NCBI GenBank assembly: GCA_963802015.1
Contig: CAWDHB010000007.1
Coordinates: forward strand, 295,809 to 359,808
Source: an uncultured Alphaproteobacteria bacterium
GTDB lineage: Bacteria > Pseudomonadota > Alphaproteobacteria > Sphingomonadales > Sphingomonadaceae
Direction: 5' to 3'
Length of the DNA stretch: 64,000 bases
This document shows, piece after piece, positions 1 through 12,280 of the stretch. Every line of letters starts with the position of its first letter. Within the stretch, counting starts at the first letter, position 1. The notes under the pieces are model-generated. The model did no database searches. It was not told the DNA's origin and saw only the letters and a program-made list of their open reading frames with translations. The position numbers and the translations under genes are program-made.

Positions 1-142
1 CGGGCTTTTCGGCAGGCTCCATAACCGCTACCTTGCGCCCGTGCGAGGTGATCACCACCCGCTTGCCGCGCGCGACTTCGCGCAACAGCTTTGACAGCGA
101 GCGGTTGGCTTCTGTGGCTGTGACAGTGATAGGCATGTCCAT
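1..142 (-). CDS. Phd/YefM family antitoxin (3' end runs off the window)
   Basis: Manual translation from ATG at 142: MDMPITVTATEANRSLSKLLREVARGKRVVITSHGRKVAVMEPAEKP, a typical Phd N-terminus (EA...LSKLL..V..G..VVIT..G). Not in the ORF track. Confidence 0.85.
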   Translation of the reverse strand, partial: MDMPITVTATEANRSLSKLLREVARGKRVVITSHGRKVAVMEPAEKP

Positions 143-155
143 GGTGACATGATTA

Positions 156-170
156 TAGTGAATTTCACTA
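156..170. promoter_or_regulatory. Palindromic operator upstream of the Phd antitoxin
   Basis: TAGTGAA-T-TTCACTA, a perfect inverted repeat 14 bp upstream of the antitoxin start; TA operons are typically autorepressed at such sites. Confidence 0.65.
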
Positions 171-216
171 CTTTTGCAAGTTGTCCTTGGTTGGCCGCAA
201 GCGCTAGAGTGCTCCG

Positions 217-1280
217 ATGCGCAAACTCCTCCTCCTCCTGCTCGCCCTGATCGCCGCCCCTGCCGCTGCCGAGGACTGGGCCAAGCGCTCGGCCGAGCGC
301 GACGTGACACTGCCCGGCTTTCGCTTCGGCACCGGCGAGACCATGGACTTGCGGATGCACGTCACCACGCTCGGCACGCCGCGCCGCAATGCCGCGGGAG
401 AGATCGACAATGCGGTGATGGTGCTGCACGGCACCGGCGGGAGCGGCAAGCAGTTCTTCCGCCCGCAATTCGCCGATGAGCTCTATGGTCCCGGCCAGCC
501 GTTCGACATCACCAAATACTACGTGATCCTGCCCGACAATATCGGCCACGGGCAAAGCTCCAAGCCCAGCGACGGGCAGCGGATGGCGTTCCCGCGCTAT
601 GCCTATGGCGACATGGTGCTGGCGCAGCAGCGGCTGCTGACCGAAGGGCTTGGGGGTCACCCGGCTCAAGGTGATCCTCGGCACCTCGATGGGCTGCATG
701 CACGCTTTCGTCTGGGGCACGACCTATCCCGGCTTTGCCGAGCGGCTCGCGCCGTTTGCCTGCAACACCATGCAGATCGCCGGGCGCAACCGGATGTGGC
801 GGCAGATGTCGATCGACGCGATCAAGGCCGATCCCGCTGTGGAGCGGTGGCAACTACACCCAGCCGCCCGAAAGCGGCCTGCGCACCGCGCGCTATCTGT
901 CGATGATCGCGGGCGGCAATCCCGGTGGCACTGCAAGCCGAACACCCGACGCGCGAAGCCGCCGAAGCTTACCTCGCCAGCGCCTACGCCACCCGCGCGG
1001 CGAGCGATCTGGACGCCAATGACCAGATCTATCAGCTCGACAGCTCGCGCGATTACAACCCGCTGCCGGGCCTGGCGAAGATCACCGTCCCGGTGCTGTG
1101 GATCAACAGCGGCGACGATTTCATCAACCCGCCCGAACTCGCCCTGGCGCAGCAACACGCCCGGCTGATGCCGCGCGCGCGGTTCATCCTGATCCCGGCC
1201 AGCCCCGAGACCAAAGGCCACGGCACCCACACCTGGGCAAGTTCTGGAAGCGCGATCTGGTGAAACTGCTGGCGAAATGA
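217..1280 (+). CDS. Secreted alpha/beta hydrolase, homoserine O-acetyltransferase-like (frameshifted)
   Basis: Signal peptide, HGTGG, nucleophile elbow GTSMG and GHGTH across ORFs 217, 650 and 925. Confidence 0.75.
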
Positions 1281-1307
1281 CGCTCGGCTTGCCTAGAGCG
1301 CGCCGGC

Positions 1308-1898
1308 ATGATACCTCGTGATCGACAACTACGACAGCTTCACCTGGAACCTGGTCCATTACCTGATGGAGCTGGGCGCCGAGGTGGAGGTCGTGCGCAA
1401 CGATGCGATCTCTGCCGGGCAGGCGCTATCGAGCGGCGCGGCGGGGTTCCTGATCTCGCCGGGGCCCTGCACCCCCAACGAAGCCGGGATCAGCCTCGAT
1501 CTGGTCGGGGCCTGCGCCGATGCGGGCAAGCCCTTGCTCGGCGTATGCCTGGGCCACCAGTCGATCGGGCAGTATTTCGGCGGCAGCGTGGTGCGCGGCG
1601 GGCTGATGCATGGCAAGACCTGCGCCGGTGAGCCATGACGGCACCGGGCTGTTCGCCGGGCTGCCCTCGCCTTTCACCGCGCACCCGCTATCACTCGCTG
1701 ATCGTCGACCGATGTGCCCGACGTGCCTGATCGTCAACGCCACCAGGATGACGGCCACGTGATGGGTTTCCGCCACGCCAGCCTGCCGATCCATGGCGGT
1801 ACAGTTCCACCCCGAAAGCATCGCCACCGAACACGGCCACGCGATGCTCGCCAACTTCATGCGGCGTCTGCGGCCTGCCGGTGCGCGAACTGGCATGA
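1308..1898 (+). CDS. trpG: Anthranilate synthase component II (frameshifted)
   Basis: [29 protein letters not shown]; QFHPES recognisable near 1800. Confidence 0.9.
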
Positions 1899-2862
1899 GC
1901 CTGACCCTGCCCGAAGCCGAAGCGCTGTTCGGGCGATGCTCGACGGCGTAATGGCCGATGCGGAGATCGCCGAAACGCTGGTCGACACTTGCCGAGCGCG
2001 GCGAGACGGCTGCGGAAGTCGCGGGCGCGGTCACCGCGATGCGCGCGCGGATGCAGCGGATTTCCGCGCCTGCCGGGGCAATCGACGTTTGCGGCACCGG
2101 CGGCGATGGCCAGCACAGCCTGAACGTTTCGACCGCCGTCGCGCTGGTGGTCGCAGCCTGCGGGGTGCCGGTGGCCAAGCACGGCAACCGCGCTGCCTCC
2201 AGCCTGGCCGGGGGCGCGGATACGCTGGAAGCGCTGGGCCTCAATCTCGCCCGCGCGAGCGAACTGGCCGAAGCGACCCTGCCCGATCTCGGCATCGCCT
2301 TCCTGTTCGCCCAGGCGCACCACCCCGCGCTGGGCCGGATCGCACCGATCCGCAAGGCGCTGGGGCGGCGGACGATTTTCAACCTCTGCGGGCCGCTGGC
2401 CAATCCCGCCGGGGTGACCCGGCAACTGGTCGGCGTGGCGCACCCGTCGCTGCTCGCGCTCTACCGTGATGCGATGCCGCTGCTCGGCACCGAAACCGCG
2501 CTGATCGTCTCGGGCGAAGAGGGGCTGGACGAACTGTCGATCGCCGGGCACCAGCTATCTCACTCACGTCGGCATGGCCGATATCGCCACCGAATTGCGC
2601 CCCGAAGACGCCGGGCTGACCTCGCACCCGACTCGCCGACCTGCGCGGCGGCGACGCCGCGTTCAACGCCGCCGCGCTGCGCCGCATGCTGCTGGGCGAA
2701 CCGGGGGCCTACCGCGACGCCGTGCTGCTCAATTCCGCCGCCGCGCTGCTGGTGGCGGGCCAGGTCGACGACTGGCTGGAAGGCGTGGAGGAAGCCGCCG
2801 AGGCGCTCGACAAGGGACTGGCCAACACGCTGCTCGATTGCTGGATTGCGGCGGTCAAGTAA
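1895..2862 (+). CDS. trpD: Anthranilate phosphoribosyltransferase (frameshifted)
   Basis: [35 protein letters not shown]; ATGA overlap with trpG. Confidence 0.92.
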
Positions 2863-2866
2863 GACT

Positions 2867-3003
2867 GGTTCACACGAAGACACGAAGAGGTTGGTTCAAG
2901 CCGCAGGCTTGTTTCTGCCCTTGGCGGTTAGTCCTTGCACCATCAAGGATTTTACAGGCGGCTTTGCCGCATCGGCTGACATCTTGGTGTCTTTGTGTGA
3001 ACC
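2867..3003. repeat. Palindromic intergenic element (GGTTCACAC.AAG type)
   Basis: Terminal inverted repeats GGTTCACACGAAGACACGAAG / CTTGGTGTCTTTGTGTGAACC match at 19/21; related to the element at 35595-35759. Confidence 0.75.
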
Positions 3004-3049
3004 CAAAAAAACTCGACACTGCCCAAAGCCCCGCGCTAGAGGCCGCGTA

Positions 3050-3827
3050 ATGACCGACAAACTCGCCGAAATCTGCGCCACCAAACGCCTTGAAGTGACC
3101 GCGCGCAAGCCGCTGGGGCTGGGCCACTGGCCGCAGCCTTCGTCCGTGCGCGGGTTTGAGGCAGCGTTGCGGGCAAAGGCTGAAACGCAATTTGCGCTGA
3201 TCGCAGAAATAAAGCGAGCTTCGCCATCCAAAGGATTGATCCGTGCTGATTTTGACCCTGCCGCCCATGCCCGTGCCTATCAGGCGGGCGGTGCGGCCTG
3301 CCTTTCGGTGCTGACCGATGCGCCGTATTTTCAGGGCCACGAGGACTATCTGATCGCCGCACGCGCGGCCTGCGACCTGCCGGTGATCCGGAAGGATTTC
3401 ATGGTCGATCCGTGGCAATGTGCCGAAGCCCGCGCGATGGGGGCCGATGCGATCCTGATCATCGTTGCGGCGCTGGACGATGCGCAGATGTGCGAAATCG
3501 AACTGGCCGCGCGCGCCGAGGGATGGACGTGCTGGTGGAAGTTCACGACGAGAGCCGAGCTCGACCGTGCGCTGACCTCGGCTGCAATCGCGACTGATCG
3601 GGGTCAACAACCGCAATCTCAAGACCTTCGAGGTCGATCTGGCGAACACCGAGCGGCTCGCCGCGCTGGTGCCAGCGGACGTGCTGCTGGTCTGCGAAAG
3701 CGGGATTTCAACCCACGCCGATTGCCAGCGGATGGCGGCGGTCGGGGTGCGGACGTTTCTGGTCGGCGAAAGCCTGATGCGGCAGGATGATATCGAAGCG
3801 GCAACGCGGGCGCTGCTGGAGGGGTAA
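3050..3827 (+). CDS. trpC: Indole-3-glycerol phosphate synthase (frameshifted)
   Basis: [40 protein letters not shown]. Confidence 0.93.
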
Positions 3828-3847
3828 TCCTTCACCTCTCACCAAAT

Positions 3848-3948
3848 CCGCTCATGCTGAGCTTGTCGAAGCATCGTACTTTTCTTGGTGCCGCAGGCAC
3901 TACTGCTAGAAGGAAAGGACAGTCCTTCGACAAGCTCAGGACAGACGG
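3848..3948. repeat. Palindromic element, CTGAGCTTGTCGAAG family, copy 1
   Basis: Perfect 15-bp inverted repeat at 3857-3871 / 3925-3939; same family as 36474-36572. Confidence 0.85.
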
Positions 3949-4165
3949 TGTTGGGTCGTTTGAGGATCTTCCAGGCGCTTTGACACAGGCTGTCCTACAA
4001 CCGAGAAATCTGGCATGGAGCGCGGATGAGCCAGCCTGCGTCCTATCCAACCTGCCAGCCCCGCAGCGGTGCCGCGTGGACAGCACAGTCAGGGCGTCCT
4101 GCGCAGAATAATTTCTCCCGGACCCTGTCAACTTCGTCAACTTATTCAGGACCAGCGCACCCAGG

Positions 4166-4640
<475 letters not shown>

Positions 4641-4654
<14 letters not shown>

Positions 4655-5843
4655 CACTGGACGAAGCCCAGGCGCGGTTGCTCGCGCTGGCGGAGCCACT
4701 GCCGCTCGAACGGGTCGATGTGGCGGGGGCGCTGGGGCGCTATCTCGCCCTGCCGCTGGTCGCCGAACGCACGCAGCCCGCCTGCGATCTCTCGGCGATG
4801 GATGGCTATGCCGTTGCAGCGACCGATCTGGCCGGGCCGTGGCAACTGGTCGGCGAAAGCGCGGCGGGGCATCCCTTTGCGGGAGCCATCGCGCCCGGCC
4901 AGGCCGCGCGGATTTCCACCGGGGCGGTGATCCCCGACGGCGCCGGCGCGGTGATCGTGCAGGAGGACGTCGACACGCAGCCGGGCCGGATCGTGCTGAC
5001 CGGCGATGGCCCTGCGCGGGCCGATCAACACATCCGCCGCCGGGGCAGCGACTTTTCCGAAGGTGCAGTACTCGCCCCGCTGGGTACGCGCGTCGGCCCG
5101 GCGCTGCTCGCGCTGGCGCTGGCAGCAGGGCAGCGCCATCTCGCGGTCCGGCGCCTGCCGCGGATCACCGTGATCGATTGCGGGGATGAACTGGCCGGCC
5201 GAGCCGACCGACTGCGCACCGCACCAGGTACCCGCCAGCAACGGCGCGATGCTGACCGCGATGCTCGCGGCGCTGCCCTGCGAAGTCACACGGGTCGGCC
5301 CGGTGCCAGACCGCGCCGAGGCGCTGCGCGCGGCGCTGGACGGTGCCGCCAGGGCCGATCTGATCGTCACCAGCGGCGGGGCATCGGTGGGCGATCATGA
5401 TATCGTCCGCCCGGTGCTGGCTGAATGGGGCGCGGCGCTGGAATTCTGGCGGGTGGCGATCAAACCGGGCAAGCCGCTGCTGGTCGCTCGGCGCGGGGCG
5501 CAGCTGGTGCTCGGCCTGCCCGGCAATCCGGTGTCTAGCCATGTCACCGCATACCTGTTTCTGCTGCCGCTGGTGCGCGCGCTGCTCGGCGCAGCGGAGC
5601 CTCTGCCCCGCCCGCTGCGGGCCGTACTTGCTGCACCAATGCCGGCAGGCGGCGCACGGCGCGAGTTCCTGCGCGCGCAGTGGGACGGCGAATCCGTCAC
5701 CCCGCGCAACGGTGCAGGATAGCGGAGGCCTCGCCGCACTCGCCCGCTCGAACGCGCTGATCGACCGCCCCGCCCACGCTTCGGCAGCGGCCGAAGGCAG
5801 CCCGGTTTCGATCTATCTGCTCCAGAATGGCGGGATCGCTTGA
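4641..5843 (+). CDS. moeA: Molybdopterin molybdotransferase MoeA (frameshifted)
   Basis: [42 protein letters not shown]. Confidence 0.9.
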
Positions 5844-5867
5844 CTCGCGCAAACATGTTGCTTAGTT

Positions 5868-5900
5868 GTTCCGCATTCGTTCACTGAACGGCGCGAGAAC
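5868..5900. promoter_or_regulatory. Two alphaproteobacterial SOS boxes (LexA sites)
   Basis: GTTC-N7-GTTC at 5868-5882 and GAAC-N7-GAAC at 5886-5900, directly upstream of lexA. Confidence 0.9.
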
Positions 5901-5939
5901 ATCTGGTTCGTTCCGCGCCCTGATTGGGAGTGCGCCCGG

Positions 5940-6620
5940 ATGCTAACGCGAAAGCAGCACGAATTGATCCGCTTCATCCAGACGCGGCTGGAGGAGACCG
6001 GCGTGTCGCCCTCCTTCGAAGAGATGAAGGAAGCGCTCGACCTGAAATCGAAGTCAGGCGTCCACCGGCTGATTTCGGCGCTGGAAGAACGCGGGTTCAT
6101 CCGCCGCCTGCCCAACCGGGCGCGCGCGCTCGAAGTGCTCAAGCAGCCGGAAAATATGTCGGCCAAGGCTCCCGCAGCGGCGGACAATGTCGTCACGCTC
6201 AAGCGCCCGCAGCCGACGCGGCCCGCGCCCGCCAACGACGTGCTCGAAATTCCGCTGCACGGCCGGATCGCGGCAGGTATGCCGATCGAGGCGATGGAGA
6301 CCGGGGCGATGCTGCCGGTCCCGGCCGCCTTGCTCGGCGCGGGCGATCACTATGCGCTCGAAGTTTCGGGCGATTCGATGATCGATGCTGGGATTCTCGA
6401 TGGTGACTATGCGCTGATCCGCCGCACCGACACTGCGCGCGACGGCGAAATTGTGGTCGCGCTGGTGCGCGGCGAAGAAGCCACGCTGAAGTATCTCCAC
6501 CGCGATTCGGGCCGGGTCCGGCTCGATCCCGCCAACGCCGCGTACGAACCGCAGGTCTATGATCCGCGCGAAGTGGTGGTCCAGGGCAAACTCGCCGGAC
6601 TGCTGCGCCGCTATCACTGA
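5940..6620 (+). CDS. lexA: SOS transcriptional repressor LexA
   Basis: [24 protein letters not shown], cleavage site IAAG, catalytic GDSM and TLK. Confidence 0.97.
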   Translation: MLTRKQHELIRFIQTRLEETGVSPSFEEMKEALDLKSKSGVHRLISALEERGFIRRLPNRARALEVLKQPENMSAKAPAAADNVVTLKRPQPTRPAPANDVLEIPLHGRIAAGMPIEAMETGAMLPVPAALLGAGDHYALEVSGDSMIDAGILDGDYALIRRTDTARDGEIVVALVRGEEATLKYLHRDSGRVRLDPANAAYEPQVYDPREVVVQGKLAGLLRRYH

Positions 6621-8998
6621 TCCGGTGCGCTGTTGGCTGGTAACGGCGGCTGTGTGCGCAAATCCGGCGCGATTGGTGCAGGATTTGTAACACTGGTTTG
6701 CGCTGTTGGTGCGCCGCTTTGTCCACGTGGTGCTGCGGTTGTGCCGGGTTTAGGCGCTGTTGAACCTGAGGGCTTGACGCCGGGGTGGTCGCGGCAGCGG
6801 CTCGCGCCACCAGCCATGCGCACCCTGATTCTCTGCCACAGTCCGAAGGCGCGGCGGATCAAGCTCGAACGTCAGGCCGCCGGTCCGGTCCAGCAGGTTG
6901 CGGTCGGCCTTGAGCCAGCGCGGGCGGCATGAGCGCGGCAGCCAGCGGTCCGCGATCACCACATCGACTCGCTCACACGCCGCCGCCAGCGCGCGCTCCT
7001 CGACCCGCTCGCGCCCGGAAGCCACCAGAAACCGCCATTCGCGGCCGTTCCGCGGTCAGCTCAAACGCGCAGAACTCGCGTGCTGCACCGCGCGCCGGTC
7101 CCAGTCGGCAAAGCGCCGGGTAGTCCCGTTCATTCCGGCGGTTTCGAGCAGATTGTCGCGCGCGAAATCGCTGCGGCTATCGCGCAGCACCAGCAGTTCG
7201 CCGGGCCGCTCGCCCGTCACCCCGACATGCCGCCCATCGCTGGAGACCATCACATCGGGCGGCTCGGCCAGGCTAAGCAGCAGCAAACCCGGCCAGCGCC
7301 GGAACCAGCCCCAGCAGCCGCTTGCGCCCGCGCCACAGCGCCAGCCACAGCAGCCCCGCCACGGCCAGCGCAAACGGCAATCCGGCCGAACGCGGGCAGC
7401 AAGGTCACCGCACCTGGCTGCGCGGCAGTCCAGTGCGCCAGCCCCAGCAGCAGCCTCCAGCGACTGGCCCGCCAGCCACCAGAACGGCGCGCCTGCTCCC
7501 ACCAGATCAAACACCAGCGCCAGCGCGATCAGCGGCATCGACAGGAACGTCGTCAGCGGGATCGCGATCACATTGGCGAGCGCGCCATAGACCCCGGCGC
7601 GGTGGAAATGGAACAGTCCGATCGGCATCAGTGCGGCTTCGATCACCACGCCCGGTCACCAGCAGCATCGACGAACAGCCGAACCCCGCGCTGCCACCAG
7701 GCCTCGGCGCGCGGGGCGAGAAACCGCCGCACCGGCATCGGCCCCGTGCACCGCGACAATTGCAATCACCGCTGCAAAGCTCATCTGAAAGCTCGGTCCG
7801 ACCAGCGCCTCGGGCCAGACCAGCAGCACCACCATCGCCGCCACCGCGACCATCCGCATGGACAGCGCCTCGCGCCCCAAGGCCAGCGCCAGCAGCACCA
7901 GCACCGCGCCGATGCAGGACCGCACCGTCGGCACCTCGGCCCCGGTCAGCAGCGTATAGCCAATCCCCGCCCGCGCCCCGACCGCCGCCGCCACCAGCGG
8001 CAACCGCACCCGCAACACCAGCCACGGCCACAGCGCCAGCAGCCGCATCGCCAACAGATAACCCGCCGCAACCACCGCGCTGACATGCAGCCCGCTGATC
8101 GAAAGTAAGTGCGTCAGTCCCGAATCGCGCATCGCCTCTTCATCGGCCTTGGCAATCGCGCCGCGATCCCCGCTGGCAAAGGCCGCTGCAATCGTCCCCG
8201 GCGAACCGCTTAGCTGCGCGCGCACATGCCGGGCCAGCCGCGTCTGGGTGGCTGCCAGCACGCCGCCGCCATCGCCCGCGCCCGTCACCTCGACCTTGCC
8301 CAGCACGGTGCCAGTCGCCGCCAGTCCCGAAAACCACGCGGCGCGGGCAAAATCATAGCCGCCCGGCAGCATTGGCGCGGCGGGCGGCATCAGCCGGGCG
8401 CGCAGCCGGATACGCGCGCCGGGGATGATCGCCGGATTGTCCTGCTTCAGCGGCAGGTTGACCCGCACCTTGATCGCCCGTCCCGCCCCCGGCCCGTCAC
8501 CCGGCTCGCGGGTCGCCAAGACCAGCCGCACCCGGCCCTCGGCGGGCTGCTCTTCGCGGTCGAGCACTTCGGCGGCCAACCAGGCGACCACCGGCCCGCG
8601 CACCGCCGTGGCCCCGACCAGTTCAGACTTGGTCCAGACGACCCCGCACCCGGCCGCCACGGCCAACGGCACCAGCATCCCGGCCTGCCGCAGGAACGGG
8701 AACCGTCCGTCCGCAGCCAGCAGGCCCGTGGCCGCCAGAGCGCCCGCTGCGCAGAGCAGCAACAGCGCCAGCCACTGCCACGGATTGGCCAGCACGAACC
8801 ACGCCGGCGATGCCGCCAGCAAAGGCGCACTACCAGCCACGGCGCCCGGTCAAATCCAGCGCCAGCGAGCGCCGCTTCGACCCGCTCGACACCGCTGGAC
8901 AAGCGCCGAACGCTTGCGCCAAGAGCCATGTTGCAGTGCAGCGCCAAACGGCGGCTCATTGCCCATGGGCACAGAGTGGCGGGGCGCTGGCTGGCCAT
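6614..8998 (-). CDS. comEC: ComEC/Rec2 family competence protein (frameshifted)
   Basis: [38 protein letters not shown], multiple TM segments; both ends approximate. Confidence 0.85.
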
Positions 8999-9014
8999 GG
9001 CTTGATCAGACAGG

Positions 9015-10490
9015 ATGGAACCGACCTTGGCAAGTATCGTGGCAGTGCAGGACAGCGATGGACAACGGCGGGCCAGATCGGCGCAAGTCGTCACGCGGTT
9101 TGCCCCTTCGCCCACCGGATACCTGCACATCGGCGGAGCCCGTACTGCGCTGTTCAACTGGCTGTTCGCGCGGCATCATGGCGGACAATACTTGCTGCGG
9201 ATCGAAGATACGGATCGCGCGCGCTCTACCGATGCTGCAATTGCCGCCATTTTCGATGGATTGTCCTGGCTGGGACTGGAAGGCGATGATCCCGCGACGT
9301 TCCAGTTCGCCCGCTCTGCCCGCCATGCCGAGGTTGCCGCGCAGCTGCTGGAAACGGGACATGCCTATCGCTGCTATCTGACCCAGGAAGAGCTGCAGGC
9401 CCGCCGCGGAGCCGCGCAGGCCGAACGGCGGACGTTCCGCCTGGCCAGCGAATGGCGCGATGCCGATCCTGCCACCTGGCCGACCGACAAACCCTATGTC
9501 GTCCGGATCAAGGCCCCGCTCGAAGGCGAGACGGTGATCGAAGATCTGGTCCAGGGCCGGGTCGCGGTCCAGAATGCCGAGCTGGACGATTTCGTGTTGC
9601 TGCGTTCGGATGGCACGCCCACCTATATGCTCGCGGTCGTGGTCGACGATCATGACATGGGTGTCACCCATGTGATTCGCGGCGATGACCACCTCAACAA
9701 CGCCTTCCGCCAGTTGGCGATCCTGCACGGGATGGGCTGGCCCGAACCGATCTATGCCCACGTTCCGATGATCCACGGCCATGATGGCGGCAAGCTGTCC
9801 AAGCGCCACGGCGCGACCGGGGTCGATGCCTATCGCGACGAACTGGGGATCCTGCCCGAAGCGATGTTCAATTACCTGCTGCGGCTGGGCTGGGGCCACG
9901 GCGATGACGAAATCATCAGCCGTGATCAGGCCATTGCATGGTTCGACATCGCCGATGCCGGCAAGAGCCCATCGCGGTTCGATCTGGCCAAGCTGCACAG
10001 TCTGAATGGGCACTATATCCGCGAAGGCTGACGATGCGCGGCTGGCCGGTCTGGTCGCGCAAGCGGATGGCCGGCACGGTCGATGAAAAGTTGCTGACGC
10101 AGGCCATGCCGGTGCTGAAAGTCCGCGCGAAGGACCTGAACGAACTCGCCAGCTGGCGCGGCCTTTCTGTTTGCCCAGCGCCCCTTGGCCATGGAAGCCA
10201 AGGCCGAGGCACTGCTGACCGACGACGCCCGTGCTTTGCTGGACCAGGTAAAGGCCCGGATCGAAGCGGAAAATGACTGGACACTGGCGGCGCTGGAAGC
10301 CAGTCTGAAAGCGATGGCGGAGGACTTGGGGCTGGGGCTCGGCAAGCTTGCACAACCCCTTAGAGCCGCGCTAACGGGGCAGACAACCTCCCCGGGTATA
10401 TTCGATGTGCTGGTTCTGCTTGGACGGGACGAAAGCCTGGCGCGGATTGCCGCGCAGGCGCGGTCCGCCCCGGTCCAGCCGCAAGTTTGA
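9015..10490 (+). CDS. gltX: Glutamate--tRNA ligase (frameshifted)
   Basis: [33 protein letters not shown], anticodon domain PLRAALTG...SP. Confidence 0.95.
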
Positions 10491-10503
10491 GGAGTAGATA
10501 ACA

Positions 10504-11787
10504 GTGGGCAAAACGGCAACTCTGGGCACAGCAGGCTCGAACCACGAATACCCGGTGCTGTCGGGCAGCGTCGGCCCCGATGTGATCGATATCCGCAAGC
10601 TCTATGCGGAAACCGGGATGTTCACCTATGACCCGGGCTTCACCAGCACGGCGAGCTGCGAGAGCGCGCTGACCTACATCGATGGCGATGAAGGCGTGCT
10701 GCTGCACCGCGGCTATCCGATCGGGCAACTGGCCGAGCATTCCAGCTTCATGGAAACCAGCTATCTGCTGCTCAACGGCGAGCTGCCGGGCAAGACCGAG
10801 CTGGACGACTTCACCTACACGATCAGCCGCCACACCATGCTGCACGAGCAACTGATGCAGTTTTACCGCGGCTTCCGGCGTGACGCTCACCCGATGGCGA
10901 TCATGTGCGGCGTCGTCGGCGCGCTGTCGGCGTTCTATCACGATTCGACCGACATTTCGGACCCGACCCACCGCAAGATCAGCTCGCACCGCTTGATCGC
11001 CAAAATGCCGACCATTGCGGCGGCGGCCTACAAGTATTCGGTCGGTCAGCCGTTCGTCTATCCGGACAACTCGCTGTCCTACACCGGCAACTTCCTGCGG
11101 ATGACTTTCGGAGTTCCGGCTGAAAAGTACGAAGTGAACCCGGTGGTGGAAAAGGCGCTCGACCGGATCTTCATCCTCCACGCCGATCACGAGCAGAACG
11201 CCTCGACCAGCACGGTGCGGCTTGCCGGTTCTTCGGGCGCAAACCCGTTCGCCTGCATCGCCGCCGGGATCGCCTGTCTGTGGGGCCCGGCGCACGGCGG
11301 CGCGAACGAAGCCGCGCTCAACATGCTGCACGAAATCGGCACGCCGGACCGGATCCCGCACTACATCGAGCGCGCCAAGGACAAGAACGATCCGTTCCGC
11401 CTGATGGGCTTCGGCCACCGCGTCTACAAGAACTACGATCCGCGCGCGACCGTGATGCAGAAGACCGTGCGTGAGGTGTTTGCGGCGCTGAAGGTGACCA
11501 ACCCAGTGTTCGAAGTTGCATTGCAGCTGGAAGAAATGGCGCTGAACGATCCGTACTTCATCGAAAAGAAGCTGTTCCCGAATGTCGATTTCTACTCCGG
11601 GGTGATCCTGTCCGCGATCGGCTTCCCCACCACGATGTTCACCGCGCTGTTCGCGCTGGCGCGTACCGTCGGCTGGGTCGCGCAGTGGAACGAAATGATC
11701 AGCGATCCCGGCCAGAAGATCGGGCGTCCGCGCCAGCTCTACACCGGCCCGACTGAACGCGATTACGTGGGCCTCGACAAGCGCTGA
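10504..11787 (+). CDS. gltA: Type II citrate synthase
   Basis: [51 protein letters not shown]. Confidence 0.98.
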   Translation: MGKTATLGTAGSNHEYPVLSGSVGPDVIDIRKLYAETGMFTYDPGFTSTASCESALTYIDGDEGVLLHRGYPIGQLAEHSSFMETSYLLLNGELPGKTELDDFTYTISRHTMLHEQLMQFYRGFRRDAHPMAIMCGVVGALSAFYHDSTDISDPTHRKISSHRLIAKMPTIAAAAYKYSVGQPFVYPDNSLSYTGNFLRMTFGVPAEKYEVNPVVEKALDRIFILHADHEQNASTSTVRLAGSSGANPFACIAAGIACLWGPAHGGANEAALNMLHEIGTPDRIPHYIERAKDKNDPFRLMGFGHRVYKNYDPRATVMQKTVREVFAALKVTNPVFEVALQLEEMALNDPYFIEKKLFPNVDFYSGVILSAIGFPTTMFTALFALARTVGWVAQWNEMISDPGQKIGRPRQLYTGPTERDYVGLDKR

Positions 11788-12021
11788 ACCGACGGAGCGC
11801 GGACTGGGCTGCTGAGTGCCGGTTTCTCAAGAGAAACCGGTTGGCAGCTCCAGCTCTACACCGGCCCGACCGAGCGCGATTACGTGGGCCTCGACAAGCG
11901 CTGAACCGAAGGAGCGCGGACTGGGCTGCTGAGTGCCGGTTTCTCAAGAGAAACCGGTTGGCAGCGCCAGCTCTACACCGGCCCGACCGAGCGCGATTAC
12001 GTGGGCCTCGACAAGCGCTGA
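11733..12021 (+). repeat. 117-bp tandem repeat (about 2.5 units) of the gltA 3' end plus a hairpin spacer
   Basis: CAGCTCTACACCGGCCCGAC...GACAAGCGCTGA starts at 11734, 11851 and 11968; the spacer contains CCGGTTTCTC-AA-GAGAAACCGG. Confidence 0.95.
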
Positions 12022-12064
12022 CAACGGCGCGATAGTCTCGGCCAACGACATTGGGGGACGAACT

Positions 12065-12280
12065 ATGGTTGGCTTTCGGAACGTGCTGCGCCTGCTATAC
12101 ATGGTAATCGCCGCACTGATGGCCCTTTTTGGACTATTCTGGGCCCTGCAGGGGCTTGGGATCATCATGTGGCCGCCCGAAAGCTTCATGCTCGCGGATC
12201 GTCGGTGGACGCTTTACGGAGTGCTCTGGGCCGCCGGATGGGCAGGCCTAATCTGGGTGCTGCGCGGTCTTCGGCGCTGA
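12065..12280 (+). CDS. Small two-TM membrane protein
   Basis: GGGGG RBS, then MVGFRNVLRLLY...GLFWALQGLGIIMWPPESFM...; 71 aa, hydrophobic. Confidence 0.7.
   Translation: MVGFRNVLRLLYMVIAALMALFGLFWALQGLGIIMWPPESFMLADRRWTLYGVLWAAGWAGLIWVLRGLRR

Noticed and set aside
1958-3790. 610-aa TrpD-TrpC fusion ORF
   Set aside because: It arises from a frameshift near 2560; trpD has its own TAA at 2862 and trpC its own ATG at 3050.
11733-12021. CRISPR array
   Set aside because: The spacers are near-identical, the 'repeat' is the 54-bp gltA end, and no cas genes are present.
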